The position numbers and the translations under genes are program-made. Below are positions 17,051 to 34,300 of a DNA stretch of 64,000 bases, one piece after another. Under the pieces are notes generated by a model, which saw only the letters and a list, made by a program, of their open reading frames with translations, made no database searches and had not been told where the DNA came from. This stretch comes from Eledone cirrhosa (Eukaryota): the NCBI GenBank assembly GCA_964016885.1, contig OZ024740.1:39308001-39372000 (forward strand). Reading direction: 5' to 3'. Each line of letters opens with the position of its first letter. Positions within the stretch are counted from its first letter, which is position 1.

Positions 17051-19799
17051 GTTACAATACTACTGTTATATAGTTACAATACTATTGTTATATAGTTACA
17101 TTACTACACTATATAGTTATAATACTACTGTTATATAGTTACGATACTACACTATATAGTTACAATACTACTGTTATATAGTTACAATACTACACTATAT
17201 AGTTACAATACTACTGTTATATAGTTACAATACTACTGTTATATAGTTACAATACTACTGTTATATAGTTACAATACTACTGTTATATAGTTACAATACT
17301 ACACTATATAGTTACAATACTACTGCTATATAGTTACAATACTACTGTTATATAGTTACAATACTACACTTTATAGTTACAATACTACTGTTATATAGTT
17401 ACAATACTACTGTTATATAGTTACAATACTACTGTTATATAGTTACAATACTACTGTTATATATAGTTACAATACTACTGTTATATAGTTACAATACAAC
17501 ACCATATAGCTACAATACTACTATTATATAGTTACAATACTACTGTTATATAGTTACAATACTACTGTTATATAGTTACAATACTACACTATATAGTTAC
17601 AATACTACTGTTATATAGTTACGATACTACACTATATAGTTACAATACTACTGTTATATATTTACAATACTACTGTTATATAGTTACAATACTACCGTTA
17701 TATAGGTACAATACTACTGTTATATAGTTACAATACTACAGTATATACTTACAATACTACCGTTATATAGTTACAATACTACAATTATATAGTTACAATA
17801 CTACTGTCATATAGTTACAATACTACACTATATCGTTACAATACTACACTATATAGTTACAATACTACTGTTATATAGTTAGAATACTACTGTTATATAT
17901 AGTTACGATACTACACTATATAGTTACAATACTACTGTTATATAGTTACAATTCTACTGTTATATATAGTTAGAATACTACAATATAGTTAAAATACTAC
18001 TGCTATATAGTTGCAATACTACTGCTATATAGTTACAATACTACTGTTATATAGTTACAATACTACTGTTATATAGTTACAATACTACTGTTATATAGTT
18101 ACAATACTACTGTTATATAGTTACAATACTACACTATATAGTTACAATACTACTGTTATATATAGTTACAATACTACTATATAGTAAAATACTACTGCTA
18201 TATAGTTACAATACTATTGCTATATAGTTACAATACTACTGTTATATAGTTACAATACTACACTATATAGTTACAATACTACTGTTATATAGTTACAATA
18301 CTACTGTTATATATAGTTACAATAATATTGTCATATAGTTACAATACTACTGTTATATAGTTACAATACTACTGTTATATAGTTACAATACTACTGTTAT
18401 ATAGTTAGAATACTAATGTTATATAGTTATAATACTACACTATATATTTACAATACTACTGTTATATATAGTTACAATACTACTGTCATATAGTTACAAT
18501 ACCACTGTTATATAGTTACAATACTACTGTTATATAGTTACAATACTACACTATATAGTTACAATACTACTGTTATATAGTTACAATACTACACTATATA
18601 GTTACAATACTACTGTTATATAGTCACAATACTACTGTTATATAGTTACAATACTACACTATATAGTTACAATACTACTGTTGTATAGTTACAATACTAC
18701 TGTTATATATAGTTACAATACTACTGTTATATATAGTTACAATACTACTGTTATATAGTTACAATATTACTGTTATATAGTTACAATACTACTGTTATAT
18801 AGTTACAATACTACTGTTATATAGTTACAATACTACTGTTATATAGTTTCAATACTTCTGTTATATAGTTACAATACTACTGTTATATATTGTTACAATA
18901 CTACTGTTATATAGTTACAATACTACTGTTATATAGTTACAATACTACTGTTATATAGTTACAATACTACACTATATAGTTACGATACTACTGTTATATA
19001 GTTGCAATACTACACTATATAGTTACAATAGTACTGTTATATAGTTACAATACTACCGTTATATAGTGACAATACTACTGTTATATAGTTACAATACTAC
19101 TGTTATATAGTTACAATACTACACTATATAGTTACAATACTACTGTTATATAGTTACAATACTACACTATATAGTTACAATACTACTGTTATATAGTCAC
19201 AATACTACTGTTATATAGTTACAATACTGCACTATATAGTTACAATACTACTGATATATAGTTACAATACTACTGTTATATAGTTACAATACTACCCTTA
19301 TATAGTTACAATACTACTGTTATATAGTTACAATACTACTGTTATATATAGTTACAATACTACTGTTATATATAGTTACAATACTACTTTTATATAGTTA
19401 CAATATTACTGTTATATAGATACAATACTACTGTTATATAGTTACATTATTACTGTTATATAGTAACAATGCTACTGTTATATAGTTACAATACTACAGT
19501 TTATAGTTACATTACTACTGTTATATAGTTAAAATACTGCTGTTATATAGTTACGATACTACTGCCATATAGTTACAATACTACTGTTATATAGTTACAA
19601 TACTACACTATATAGTTACAATACTACTGTTATATAGTTACAATACTACTGTTATATAGTTACAATACTACTGTTATATAGTTACAATACCCACTGTTAT
19701 ATAGTTACAATACTACTGTTATATAGTTACAATACTACACTATATAGTTACAATACTACTGTTATATAGTTACAATACTACTGTTATATATAGTTACAA

Positions 19800-22700
19800 T
19801 ACTACTGTTATATAGTTTCAATACTACTGTTATATATAGTTACAATACTACTGTTATATAGTTACAATACTACTGTTATATAGTTACAATACTACTGTTA
19901 TATAGTTTCAATACTTCTGTTATATAGTTACAATACTACTGTTATATATTGTTACAATACTACTGTTATATAGTTACAATACTACTGTTATATAGTTACA
20001 ATACTACTGTTATATAGTTACAATACTACACTATATAGTTACGATACTACTGTTATATAGTTGCAATACTACACTATATAGTTACAATAGTACTGTTATA
20101 TAGTTACAATACTACCGTTATATAGTGACAATACTACTGTTATATAGTTACAATACTACTGTTATATAGTTACAATACTACCGTTATATAGTTACAATAC
20201 TACTGTTATATAGTTACAATACTACACTATATAGTTACAATACTACTGTTATATAGTTACCATACAACTGTTATATAGTTACAATACTACACTATATAGT
20301 TACAATACTACTGATATATAGTTACAATACTACACTATATAGTTACAATACTACTGTTATATAGTTAGAATACTACTGTTATATATAGTTACAATACTAC
20401 ACTATATAGTTACAATACTACTGTTATATAGTTACAATACTACTGTTATATATAGTTAGAATACTACAATATAGTTAAAATACTACTGTTATATATAGTT
20501 ACAATACTACTATATAGTAAAATACTACTGCTATATAGTTACAATACTACTGTTATATAGTTACAATACTACTGTTATATAGTTACAATACTACTGTTAT
20601 ATGGTTACAATACTACACTATATAGTTACAATACTACTGTTATATATAGTTACAATACTACTATATAGTAAAATACTACTGCTATATAGTTACAATACTA
20701 CTGTTATATAGTTACAATACTACTGTTATATAGTTACAATACTACTGTTATATAGTTACAATACTACTGTTACATATAGTTACAATATTACTGTCATATA
20801 GTTACAATACTACTGTTATATAGTTACAATACTACTGTTATATAGTTACAATACTACTGTTATATAGTTACAATACTACACTATATAGTTACAATACTAC
20901 TGTTATATAGTTACAATACTACTGTTATATAGTTACAATACTACTGTTATATAGTTACAATACTACAGTATATAGTTACAATACTACTGTTATATAGTTA
21001 CAATACTACTGTTATATAGATACAATACTACTGTTATATAGTTAAAATACTACACTAATAATTACAATACTACTGTTATATAGTTACAATACTACACTAT
21101 ATAGTTACAATACTACTGTTATATAGTTACAATACTACAGTATATAGTTACAATACTACTGTTATATAGTTACAATACTACTGTTATATAGATACAATAC
21201 TACTGTTATATAGTTACAATACTACACTATATAGTTACAATACTACTGTTATATAGTTACAATACTACTGTTATATAGTTACAATACTACTGTTATATAG
21301 TTACAATACTACTGTTATATATAGTTACAATACTACTGTTATATAGTTACAATACTACTGTTATATAGTTACAATACTACTGTTATATATAGTTACAATA
21401 CTACTGTTATATAGTTACAATACTACTGTTATATAGTTACAATACTACTGTTATATAGTTACTATACTATACTATATAGTTACAATACTACCGTTATATA
21501 GTTACAATACTACACTATATAGTTATAATACCATTGTTAAATAACTACAATACTACTGTTATATAGTTACAATACTACTGTTATATAGTTACAATACTAC
21601 TTTTATATAGTTAAATATACTACTGTTATATAGTTACGATACTACACTATATAGTTACATTACTACTGTTATATAGTAACAATACTACTGTTATATAGTT
21701 AAAATACTACTGTTATATAGTTACAATACTACTTTTATATAGTTAAATATACTACTGTTATATAGTTACAATACTACACTATAAGGTTACAATTCTACTG
21801 TTATATAGTTACAATACTACTGTTATATAGTTAGAATACTACTTTTATATAGTTAAATATACTACTCTTATATAGTTACAATACTACACTATATAGTTAC
21901 AATACCACTGTTATATAGTTACAATACTACTGTTATATAGTTACAATACTACTGTTATATAGTTACAATACTACTGTTATATAGTTACAATACTACACTA
22001 TATAGTTACAATACTACTGTTATATAGTTACGATACTACTGTTATATAGTTACAATACTACAGTATATAGTTACAATACTACCGTTATATAGTTACCATA
22101 CAACTGTTATATAGTTACAATACTACTGTCATATAGTTACAATAGTACACTATATAGTTACAATACTACACTATATAGTTACAATACTACTGTTATATAG
22201 TTAGAATACTACTGTTATATATAGTTACAATACTACACTATATAGTTACAATACTACTGTTATATAGTTACAACACTACTGTTATATAGTTACAATACTA
22301 CTGTTATATATAGTTAGAATACTACAATATAGTTAAAATACTACACTATAAAGTTACAATACTACTGTTATATATAGTTACAATACTACTATATAGTAAA
22401 ATACTACTGCTATATAGTTACAATACTACTGTTATATAGTTACAATACTACTGTTATATAGTTACAATACTACTGTTATATGGTTACAATACTACACTAT
22501 ATAGTTACAATACTACTGTTATATATAGTTACAATACTACAATATAGTAAAATACTACTGCTATATAGTTACAATACTACTGTTATATAGTTACAATACT
22601 ACTGTTATATAGTTACAATACTATTGCTATATAGTTACAATACTACTGTTATATAGTTACAATACTACTGTTATATAGTTACAATACTACTGTTATATAG

Positions 22701-25700
22701 TTACAATACTACTGTTATATAGTTACAATACTACTGTTACATATAGTTACAATATTACTGTCATATAGTTACAATACTACTGTTATATAGTTACAATACT
22801 ATTGTTATATAGTTACAATACTACTGTTATATAGTTACAATACTACACTATATAGTTACAATACTACTGTTATATAGTTACAATACTACACTATATATTT
22901 ACAATACTACTGTTATATAGTTACAATACTACAGTATATAGTTACAATACTACTGTTATATAGTTACAATACTACTGTTATATAGATACAATACTACTGT
23001 TATATAGTTAAAATACTACACTAATAATTACAATACTACTGTTATATAGTTACAATACTACACTATATAGTTACAATACTACTGTTATATAGTTACAATA
23101 CTACAGTATATAGTTACAATACTACTGTTATATAGTTACAATACTACTGTTATATTGATACAATACTACTGTTATATAGTTACAATACTACACTATATAG
23201 TTACAATACTACTGTTATATAGTTACAATACTACTGTTATATAGTTACAATACTACTGTTATATAGTTACAATACTACTGTTATATATAGTTACAATACT
23301 ACTGTTATATATTTACAATACTACTGTTATATAGTTACAATACTACTGTTATATATAGTTACAATACTACTGTTATATAGTTACAATACTACTGCTATAT
23401 AGTTACAATACTACACTATATAGTTACAATACTACTGTTATATAGTTACAATACTACTGTTATATAGTTACTATACTATACTATATAGTTACAATACTAC
23501 CGTTATATAGTTACAATACTACACTATATAGTTATAATACCATTGTTAAATAACTACAATACTACTGTTATATAGTTACAATACTACTGTTATATAGTTA
23601 CAATACTACTTTTATATAGTTAAATATACTACTGTTATATAGTTACGATACTACACTATATAGTTACATTACTACTGTTATATAGTAACAATACTACTGT
23701 TATATAGTTAAAATACTACTGTTATATAGTTACAATACTACTTTTATATAGTTAAATATACTACTGTTATATAGTTACAATACTACACTATATAGTTACA
23801 ATTCTACTGTTATATAGTTACAATACTACTGTTATATAGTTAGAATACTACTTTTATATAGTTAAATATACTACTCTTATATAGTTACAATACTACACTA
23901 TATAGTTACAATACCACTGTTATATAGTTACAATACTACTGTTATATAGTTACAATACTACTGTTATATAGTTACAATACTACTGTTATATAGTTACAAT
24001 ACTACACTATATAGTTACAATACTACTGTTATATAGTTACAATACTACTGTTATATAGTTACAATACCACTGTTAAATAGGTACAATATTACTCTTATAT
24101 AGTTACAATACTACACTATATAGTTACAATACTACTGTTATATAGTTACAATACTACTGTTATATAGAGTTACAATACTACTGTTATATAGTTACAATAC
24201 TACTGTTATATAGTTACAATACTACTGTTATATATAGTTACAATACTACTGTTATATAGTTACAATACTACTGCTATATAGTTACAATACTACACTATAT
24301 AGTTACAATACTACTGTTTTATAGTTACAATACTACTGTTATATATAGTTACAATACTACTGTTATATAGTTACAATACTACACTATATAGTTACAATAC
24401 TACTGTTATATAGTTACAATACTACTGTTATATATAGTTACAATACTACTGTTAAATAGGTACAATATTACTCTTATATAGTTACAATACTACACTATAT
24501 AGTTACAATACTACTGTTATATAGTTACAATACTACTGTTATATAGAGTTACAATACTACTGTTATATAGTTACAATACTACTGTTATATAGTTACAATA
24601 CTACTGTTATATATAGTTACAATACTACTGTTATATAGTTACAATACTACTGCTATATAGTTACAATACTACACTATATAGTTACAATACTACTGTTTTA
24701 TAGTTACAATACTACTGTTATATATAGTTACAATACTACTGTTATATAGTTACAATACTACACTATATAGTTACAATACTACTGTTATATAGTTACAATA
24801 CTACTGTTATATAGTTTCAATACTACTGTTATATATAGTTACAATACTACTGTTATATAGTTACAATACTACTGTTATATAGTTACAATACTACTGTTAT
24901 ATAGTTTCAATACTTCTGTTATATAGTTACAATACTACTGTTATATATTGTTACAATACTACTGTTATATAGTTACAATACTACTGTTATATAGTTACAA
25001 TACTACTGTTATATAGTTACAATACTACACTATATAGTTACGATACTACTGTTATATAGTTGCAATACTACACTATATAGTTACAATAGTACTGTTATAT
25101 AGTTACAATACTACCGTTATATAGTGACAATACTACTGTTATATAGTTACAATACTACTGTTATATAGTTACAATACTACCGTTATATAGTTACAATACT
25201 ACTGTTATATAGTTACAATACTACACTATATAGTTACAATACTACTGTTATATAGTTACCATACAACTGTTATATAGTTACAATACTACACTATATAGTT
25301 ACAATACTACTGATATATAGTTACAATACTACACTATATAGTTACAATACTACTGTTATATAGTTAGAATACTACTGTTATATATAGTTACAATACTACA
25401 CTATATAGTTACAATACTACTGTTATATAGTTACAATACTACTGTTATATATAGTTAGAATACTACAATATAGTTAAAATACTACTGTTATATATAGTTA
25501 CAATACTACTATATAGTAAAATACTACTGCTATATAGTTACAATACTACTGTTATATAGTTACAATACTACTGTTATATAGTTACAATACTACTGTTATA
25601 TGGTTACAATACTACACTATATAGTTACAATACTACTGTTATATATAGTTACAATACTACTATATAGTAAAATACTACTGCTATATAGTTACAATACTAC

Positions 25701-28700
25701 TGTTATATAGTTACAATACTACTGTTATATAGTTACAATACTACTGTTATATAGTTACAATACTACTGTTACATATAGTTACAATATTACTGTCATATAG
25801 TTACAATACTACTGTTATATAGTTACAATACTACTGTTATATAGTTACAATACTACTGTTATATAGTTACAATACTACACTATATAGTTACAATACTACT
25901 GTTATATAGTTACAATACTACTGTTATATAGTTACAATACTACTGTTATATAGTTACAATACTACAGTATATAGTTACAATACTACTGTTATATAGTTAC
26001 AATACTACTGTTATATAGATACAATACTACTGTTATATAGTTAAAATACTACACTAATAATTACAATACTACTGTTATATAGTTACAATACTACACTATA
26101 TAGTTACAATACTACTGTTATATAGTTACAATACTACAGTATATAGTTACAATACTACTGTTATATAGTTACAATACTACTGTTATATAGATACAATACT
26201 ACTGTTATATAGTTACAATACTACACTATATAGTTACAATACTACTGTTATATAGTTACAATACTACTGTTATATAGTTACAATACTACTGTTATATAGT
26301 TACAATACTACTGTTATATATAGTTACAATACTACTGTTATATAGTTACAATACTACTGTTATATAGTTACAATACTACTGTTATATATAGTTACAATAC
26401 TACTGTTATATAGTTACAATACTACTGTTATATAGTTACAATACTACTGTTATATAGTTACTATACTATACTATATAGTTACAATACTACCGTTATATAG
26501 TTACAATACTACACTATATAGTTATAATACCATTGTTAAATAACTACAATACTACTGTTATATAGTTACAATACTACTGTTATATAGTTACAATACTACT
26601 TTTATATAGTTAAATATACTACTGTTATATAGTTACGATACTACACTATATAGTTACATTACTACTGTTATATAGTAACAATACTACTGTTATATAGTTA
26701 AAATACTACTGTTATATAGTTACAATACTACTTTTATATAGTTAAATATACTACTGTTATATAGTTACAATACTACACTATAAGGTTACAATTCTACTGT
26801 TATATAGTTACAATACTACTGTTATATAGTTAGAATACTACTTTTATATAGTTAAATATACTACTCTTATATAGTTACAATACTACACTATATAGTTACA
26901 ATACCACTGTTATATAGTTACAATACTACTGTTATATAGTTACAATACTACTGTTATATAGTTACAATACTACTGTTATATAGTTACAATACTACACTAT
27001 ATAGTTACAATACTACTGTTATATAGTTACGATACTACTGTTATATAGTTACAATACTACAGTATATAGTTACAATACTACCGTTATATAGTTACCATAC
27101 AACTGTTATATAGTTACAATACTACTGTCATATAGTTACAATAGTACACTATATAGTTACAATACTACACTATATAGTTACAATACTACTGTTATATAGT
27201 TAGAATACTACTGTTATATATAGTTACAATACTACACTATATAGTTACAATACTACTGTTATATAGTTACAATACTACTGTTATATAGTTACAATACTAC
27301 TGTTATATATAGTTAGAATACTACAATATAGTTAAAATACTACACTATAAAGTTACAATACTACTGTTATATATAGTTACAATACTACTATATAGTAAAA
27401 TACTACTGCTATATAGTTACAATACTACTGTTATATAGTTACAATACTACTGTTATATAGTTACAATACTACTGTTATATGGTTACAATACTACACTATA
27501 TAGTTACAATACTACTGTTATATATAGTTACAATACTACAATATAGTAAAATACTACTGCTATATAGTTACAATACTACTGTTATATAGTTACAATACTA
27601 CTGTTATATAGTTACAATACTATTGCTATATAGTTACAATACTACTGTTATATAGTTACAATACTACTGTTATATAGTTACAATACTACTGTTATATAGT
27701 TACAATACTACTGTTATATAGTTACAATACTACTGTTACATATAGTTACAATATTACTGTCATATAGTTACAATACTACTGTTATATAGTTACAATACTA
27801 TTGTTATATAGTTACAATACTACTGTTATATAGTTACAATACTACACTATATAGTTACAATACTACTGTTATATAGTTACAATACTACACTATATATTTA
27901 CAATACTACTGTTATATAGTTACAATACTACAGTATATAGTTACAATACTACTGTTATATAGTTACAATACTACTGTTATATAGATACAATACTACTGTT
28001 ATATAGTTAAAATACTACACTAATAATTACAATACTACTGTTATATAGTTACAATACTACACTATATAGTTACAATACTACTGTTATATAGTTACAATAC
28101 TACAGTATATAGTTACAATACTACTGTTATATAGTTACAATACTACTGTTATATTGATACAATACTACTGTTATATAGTTACAATACTACACTATATAGT
28201 TACAATACTACTGTTATATAGTTACAATACTACTGTTATATAGTTACAATACTACTGTTATATAGTTACAATACTACTGTTATATATAGTTACAATACTA
28301 CTGTTATATATTTACAATACTACTGTTATATAGTTACAATACTACTGTTATATATAGTTACAATACTACTGTTATATAGTTACAATACTACTGCTATATA
28401 GTTACAATACTACACTATATAGTTACAATACTACTGTTATATAGTTACAATACTACTGTTATATAGTTACTATACTATACTATATAGTTACAATACTACC
28501 GTTATATAGTTACAATACTACACTATATAGTTATAATACCATTGTTAAATAACTACAATACTACTGTTATATAGTTACAATACTACTGTTATATAGTTAC
28601 AATACTACTTTTATATAGTTAAATATACTACTGTTATATAGTTACGATACTACACTATATAGTTACATTACTACTGTTATATAGTAACAATACTACTGTT

Positions 28701-29344
28701 ATATAGTTAAAATACTACTGTTATATAGTTACAATACTACTTTTATATAGTTAAATATACTACTGTTATATAGTTACAATACTACACTATATAGTTACAA
28801 TTCTACTGTTATATAGTTACAATACTACTGTTATATAGTTAGAATACTACTTTTATATAGTTAAATATACTACTCTTATATAGTTACAATACTACACTAT
28901 ATAGTTACAATACCACTGTTATATAGTTACAATACTACTGTTATATAGTTACAATACTACTGTTATATAGTTACAATACTACTGTTATATAGTTACAATA
29001 CTACACTATATAGTTACAATACTACTGTTATATAGTTACAATACTACTGTTATATAGTTACAATACCACTGTTAAATAGGTACAATATTACTCTTATATA
29101 GTTACAATACTACACTATATAGTTACAATACTACTGTTATATAGTTACAATACTACTGTTATATAGAGTTACAATACTACTGTTATATAGTTACAATACT
29201 ACTGTTATATAGTTACAATACTACTGTTATATATAGTTACAATACTACTGTTATATAGTTACAATACTACTGCTATATAGTTACAATACTACACTATATA
29301 GTTACAATACTACTGTTTTATAGTTACAATACTACTGTTATATA
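19800..29344 (+). repeat. Near-identical 4.55-kb duplication at offset 4999 (~19800-24345 and ~24799-29344), each copy containing a nested ~1.97-kb repeat
   Basis: GTTTCAAT 19815/24814, CACTAATAAT 21053/26052 and 23019/28018, and ATAAGG 21781/26780 all have offset 4999. The nested offset is 23019-21053=1966. Confidence 0.92.
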
Positions 29345-31360
29345 GTTACTATACTACTGTTATATAGTTACAATACTACTGTTACATATAGTTACAATAC
29401 TACTGACATATAGTTACAATACTACTGTTATATAGTTACAATACTACTGTTATATAGTTACAATACTACACTATATAGTTACAATACTACTGTTATATAG
29501 TTACAATACTACCGTTATATGTAGTTACAATACTACTGTTATATATAGTCACAATACTGTTAAATAGTTACAATACTACTGTCATATAGTTACAATACTA
29601 CTGTTATATAGTTACAATACTACACTATATACTTACAATACTACTGTTATATAGTTACAATACTACACTATATAGTTACAATACTACTGTTATATAGTTA
29701 CAATACTACTGTTATATAGTTACAATACTACTGTTATATAGTTACAATACTACTGTAATATATAGTTACAATACTACTGTTATATAGTTACAATACAACA
29801 CTATATAGCTACAATACTACTATTATATAGTTACAATACTACTGTTATATAGTTACAATACTACTGTTTTTTAGTTACAATACTACACTATATAGTTACA
29901 ATAATACTGTTATATAGTTACGATACTACACTATATAGTTACAATACTACTGTTATATGCTTACGATACTACTGTTATATAGTTACAATACTATACTATA
30001 TAGTTACAATACTACCGTTATATAGTTACAATACTACACTATATAGTTATAATACCATTGTTAAATAGCTACAATACTACTGTTATATAGTTACAATACT
30101 ACTGTTATATAGTTACAATACTACAATATATAGTTACATTACTACTGTTATATAGTAACAATACTACTGTTATATAGTTAACATACTACTGTTATATTAT
30201 TACAATACTACACTATATAGTTACAATACTACTGTTATATAGTTACAATACTACTGTTATATAGAGTTACAATACTACTGTTATATAGTTACAATACTAC
30301 TGTTATATAGTTACAATACTACTGTTATATATAGTTACAATACTACTGTTATATAGTTACAATACTACTGCTATATAGTTACAATACTACACTATATAGT
30401 TACAATACTACTGTTATATAGTTACAATACTACTGTTATATAGTTACTATACTACTGTTATATAGTTACAATACTACTGTTACATATAGTTACAATACTA
30501 CTGACATATAGTTACAATACTACTGTTATATAGTTACAATACTACTGTTATATAGTTACAATACTACACTATATAGTTACAATACTACTGTTATATAGTT
30601 ACAATACTACCGTTATATGTAGTTACAATACTACTGTTATATATAGTCACAATACTGTTAAATAGTTACAATACTACTGTCATATAGTTACAATACTACT
30701 GTTATATAGTTACAATACTACACTATATACTTACAATACTACTGTTATATAGTTATAATACTACACTATATAGTTACAATACTACTGTTATATAGTTACA
30801 ATACTACTGTTATATAGTTACAATACTACTGTTATATAGTTACAATACTACTGTAATATATAGTTACAATACTACTGTTATATAGTTACAATACAACACT
30901 ATATAGCTACAATACTACTATTATATAGTTACAATACTACTGTTATATAGTTACAATACTACTGTTTTTTAGTTACAATACTACACTATATAGTTACAAT
31001 AATACTGTTATATAGTTACGATACTACACTATATAGTTACAATACTACTGTTATATGCTTACGATACTACTGTTATATAGTTACAATACTATACTATATA
31101 GTTACAATACTACCGTTATATAGTTACAATACTACACTATATAGTTATAATACCATTGTTAAATAGCTACAATACTACTGTTATATAGTTACAATACTAC
31201 TGTTATATAGTTACAATACTACTGTTATATAGTTACAATACTACAATATATAGTTACATTACTACTGTTATATAGTAACAATACTACTGTTATATAGTTA
31301 CCATACTACTGTTATATTATTACAATACTACACTATATATTTACAATACTACTGTTATAT
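29150..31360 (+). repeat. Tandem duplication with period about 1.1 kb
   Basis: GTTTTTTAG at 29866/30964 (offset 1098). TGACATA, TATGCTTACG and the shortened CAATACTGTTAAATAG monomer are shared in the same order. Confidence 0.87.
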
Positions 31361-34300
31361 AGTTACAATACTACTTTTATATAGTTAAATATACTACTGT
31401 TATATAGTTACAATACTACACTATATAGTTACAATACTACTGTTATATAGTTACAATACTACTTTTATATAGTTAAATATACTAGTTATATAGTTACAAT
31501 ACTACACTATATAGTTACAATACCACTGTTATATAGTTACCATACTACTGTTATATAGTTACAATACTACTGTTATATAGTTACAATACTACTGTTATAT
31601 AGTTACAATACTACACTATATAGTTATAATAGTACTGTTATATAGTTACAATACTACTGTTATATAGTTACAATACCACTGTTAAATACGTACAATATTA
31701 CTGTTATATAGTTACAATACTACACTATATAGTTACAATACTACAGTTATATAGTTACAATACTAGTGTTATATATAGTTACAACACTACTGTTATATAG
31801 TTACAATACTCACTGTTATATAGTTACAATGCTACTGTTATATAGTTACAATACTACTGTTATATAGTTACATTACTACACTATATAGTTACAATACTAC
31901 TGTTATATAGTTACAATACTACTGTTATATAGTTAAAATACTACACTATATAGTTACAATACTACTGTTATATAGTTACAATACTACTGTTATATATTAA
32001 CAATACTACTGTTATATATAGTTACGATACTACTGTTTTATAGATACAATACTACTGTTATATAGTTACAATAGTACACTATATATTTACAATACTGCTG
32101 TTATATAGTTACAATACTACACAATATAGTTACAATACTACTGTTATATAGTTACAATACTAGTGTTATATATAGTTACAATACTACTGTTATATAGTTA
32201 CAATACTACTGTTATATAGTTACAATACTACTGTTATATATAGTTACAATGCTACACTATATAGTTACAATACTACAGCTATATAGTTACAATACTACTG
32301 TTATATAGTTACAATGCTACACTAGATAGTTACAATACTACTGCTATATAGTTATAATACTACCGTCATATAGTTACAATACTACACTATATAGTTACAT
32401 TACTACTGTCATATAGTTTCAATACTACTGTTATATAGTTACAATACTACACTATATAGTTACAATACTACTGTTATATAGTTACAATACTACACTGTAT
32501 AGTTACAATACTACTCTTATATAGTTACAAAACTACTGTTATATAGTTACAATACTACTGTTATATAGTTACAATAGTACACTATATAGTTACAATACTA
32601 CTGTTATATAGTTACAATACTACACTATATAGTTACAATACTACTGTTATATAGTTACAATACTACACTATATAGTTATAATACTACTGTTATATAGTTA
32701 CGATACTACACTATATAGTTACAATACTACTGTTATATAGTTACAATACTACTGTTATATAGTTACAATACTACTGTTATATATTTACAATACTACACTA
32801 TGTAGTTACAATACTACTGTTATATAGTTACAATACTACTGTTATATATAGTTACAATACTACTGTTATATAGTTACAATACTACTGTTATATAGATACA
32901 ATACTACTGTTATATATAGTTACAATACAACTGTTACATATAGTTACAATACTACTGTCATATAGTTACAATACTACTGTCATATAGTTACAATACTACT
33001 GTTATATAGTTACAATACTACTGTTATATAGTTACAATACTACACTATATAGTTACAATACTACTGTTATATAGTTACAATACTACTGTTATATAGTTAC
33101 AATACTACTGTTATATAGTTACAATACTACACTATATAGTTACAATACTACTGTTATATAGTTACAATACTACTGTTATATAGTTACAATACTACTGTTA
33201 TATAGTTACAATACTACATTATATAGTTACAATACTACTGCTATATAGTTACAATACTATTGTCATATAGTTACAATACTACTGTTATATAGTTACAATA
33301 CTATTGCTATATAGTTACAATACTACTGTTATATAGTTACAATACTACTGTTATATAGTTACAATGCTACTGTTATATAGTTACAATACTACTGTTATAT
33401 AGTTACAATACTACTGTTATATAGTTACAATACTACACTATATAGTTACAATACTACTGTTATATGGTTACAATACTACTGTTATATAGTTACGATACTA
33501 CTGTTATATAGTTACAATACTACTGTTATATAGTTACAATACTACACTATATAGTTATAATACTACTGTTATATAGTTACGATACTACACTATATAGTTA
33601 CAATACTACTGTTATATAGTTACAATACTACTGTTATATAGTTACAATACTACTGTTATATATTTACAATACTACACTATGTAGTTACAATACTACTGTT
33701 ATATAGTTACAATACTACTGTTATATATAGTTACAATACTACTGTTATATAGTTACAATACTACTGTTATATAGATACAATACTACTGTTATATATAGTT
33801 ACAATAAAACTGTTATATAGTTACAATACTACTGTTATATAGTTACAATACTACTGTTATATAGATACAATACTACTGTTATATAGATACAATACTACTG
33901 TTATATAGTTGCAATACTACTGTTATATAGTTACAATACTACTGTTATATAGTTTCAATACTACACTATATAGTTACAATACTACTGTTATATAGTTACA
34001 ATACTACTGTTATATAGTTACGATACTACTGTTATATAGTTACAATACTACCCTTATATAGTTACAATACTACTGTTATATAGTTACAATACTACTGTTA
34101 TATAGTTACAATACTACACTATATAGTTACAATACTACTGTTATATAGTTACAATACTACACTATATAGTTACAATACTACTGTTATATAGTTACAATAC
34201 TACTGTTATATAGTTACAATTCTACTGTTATATAGTTACAATACTACTGTTATATAGTTACAATACTACTGTCATATAGTTACAATACTACTGTTATATA

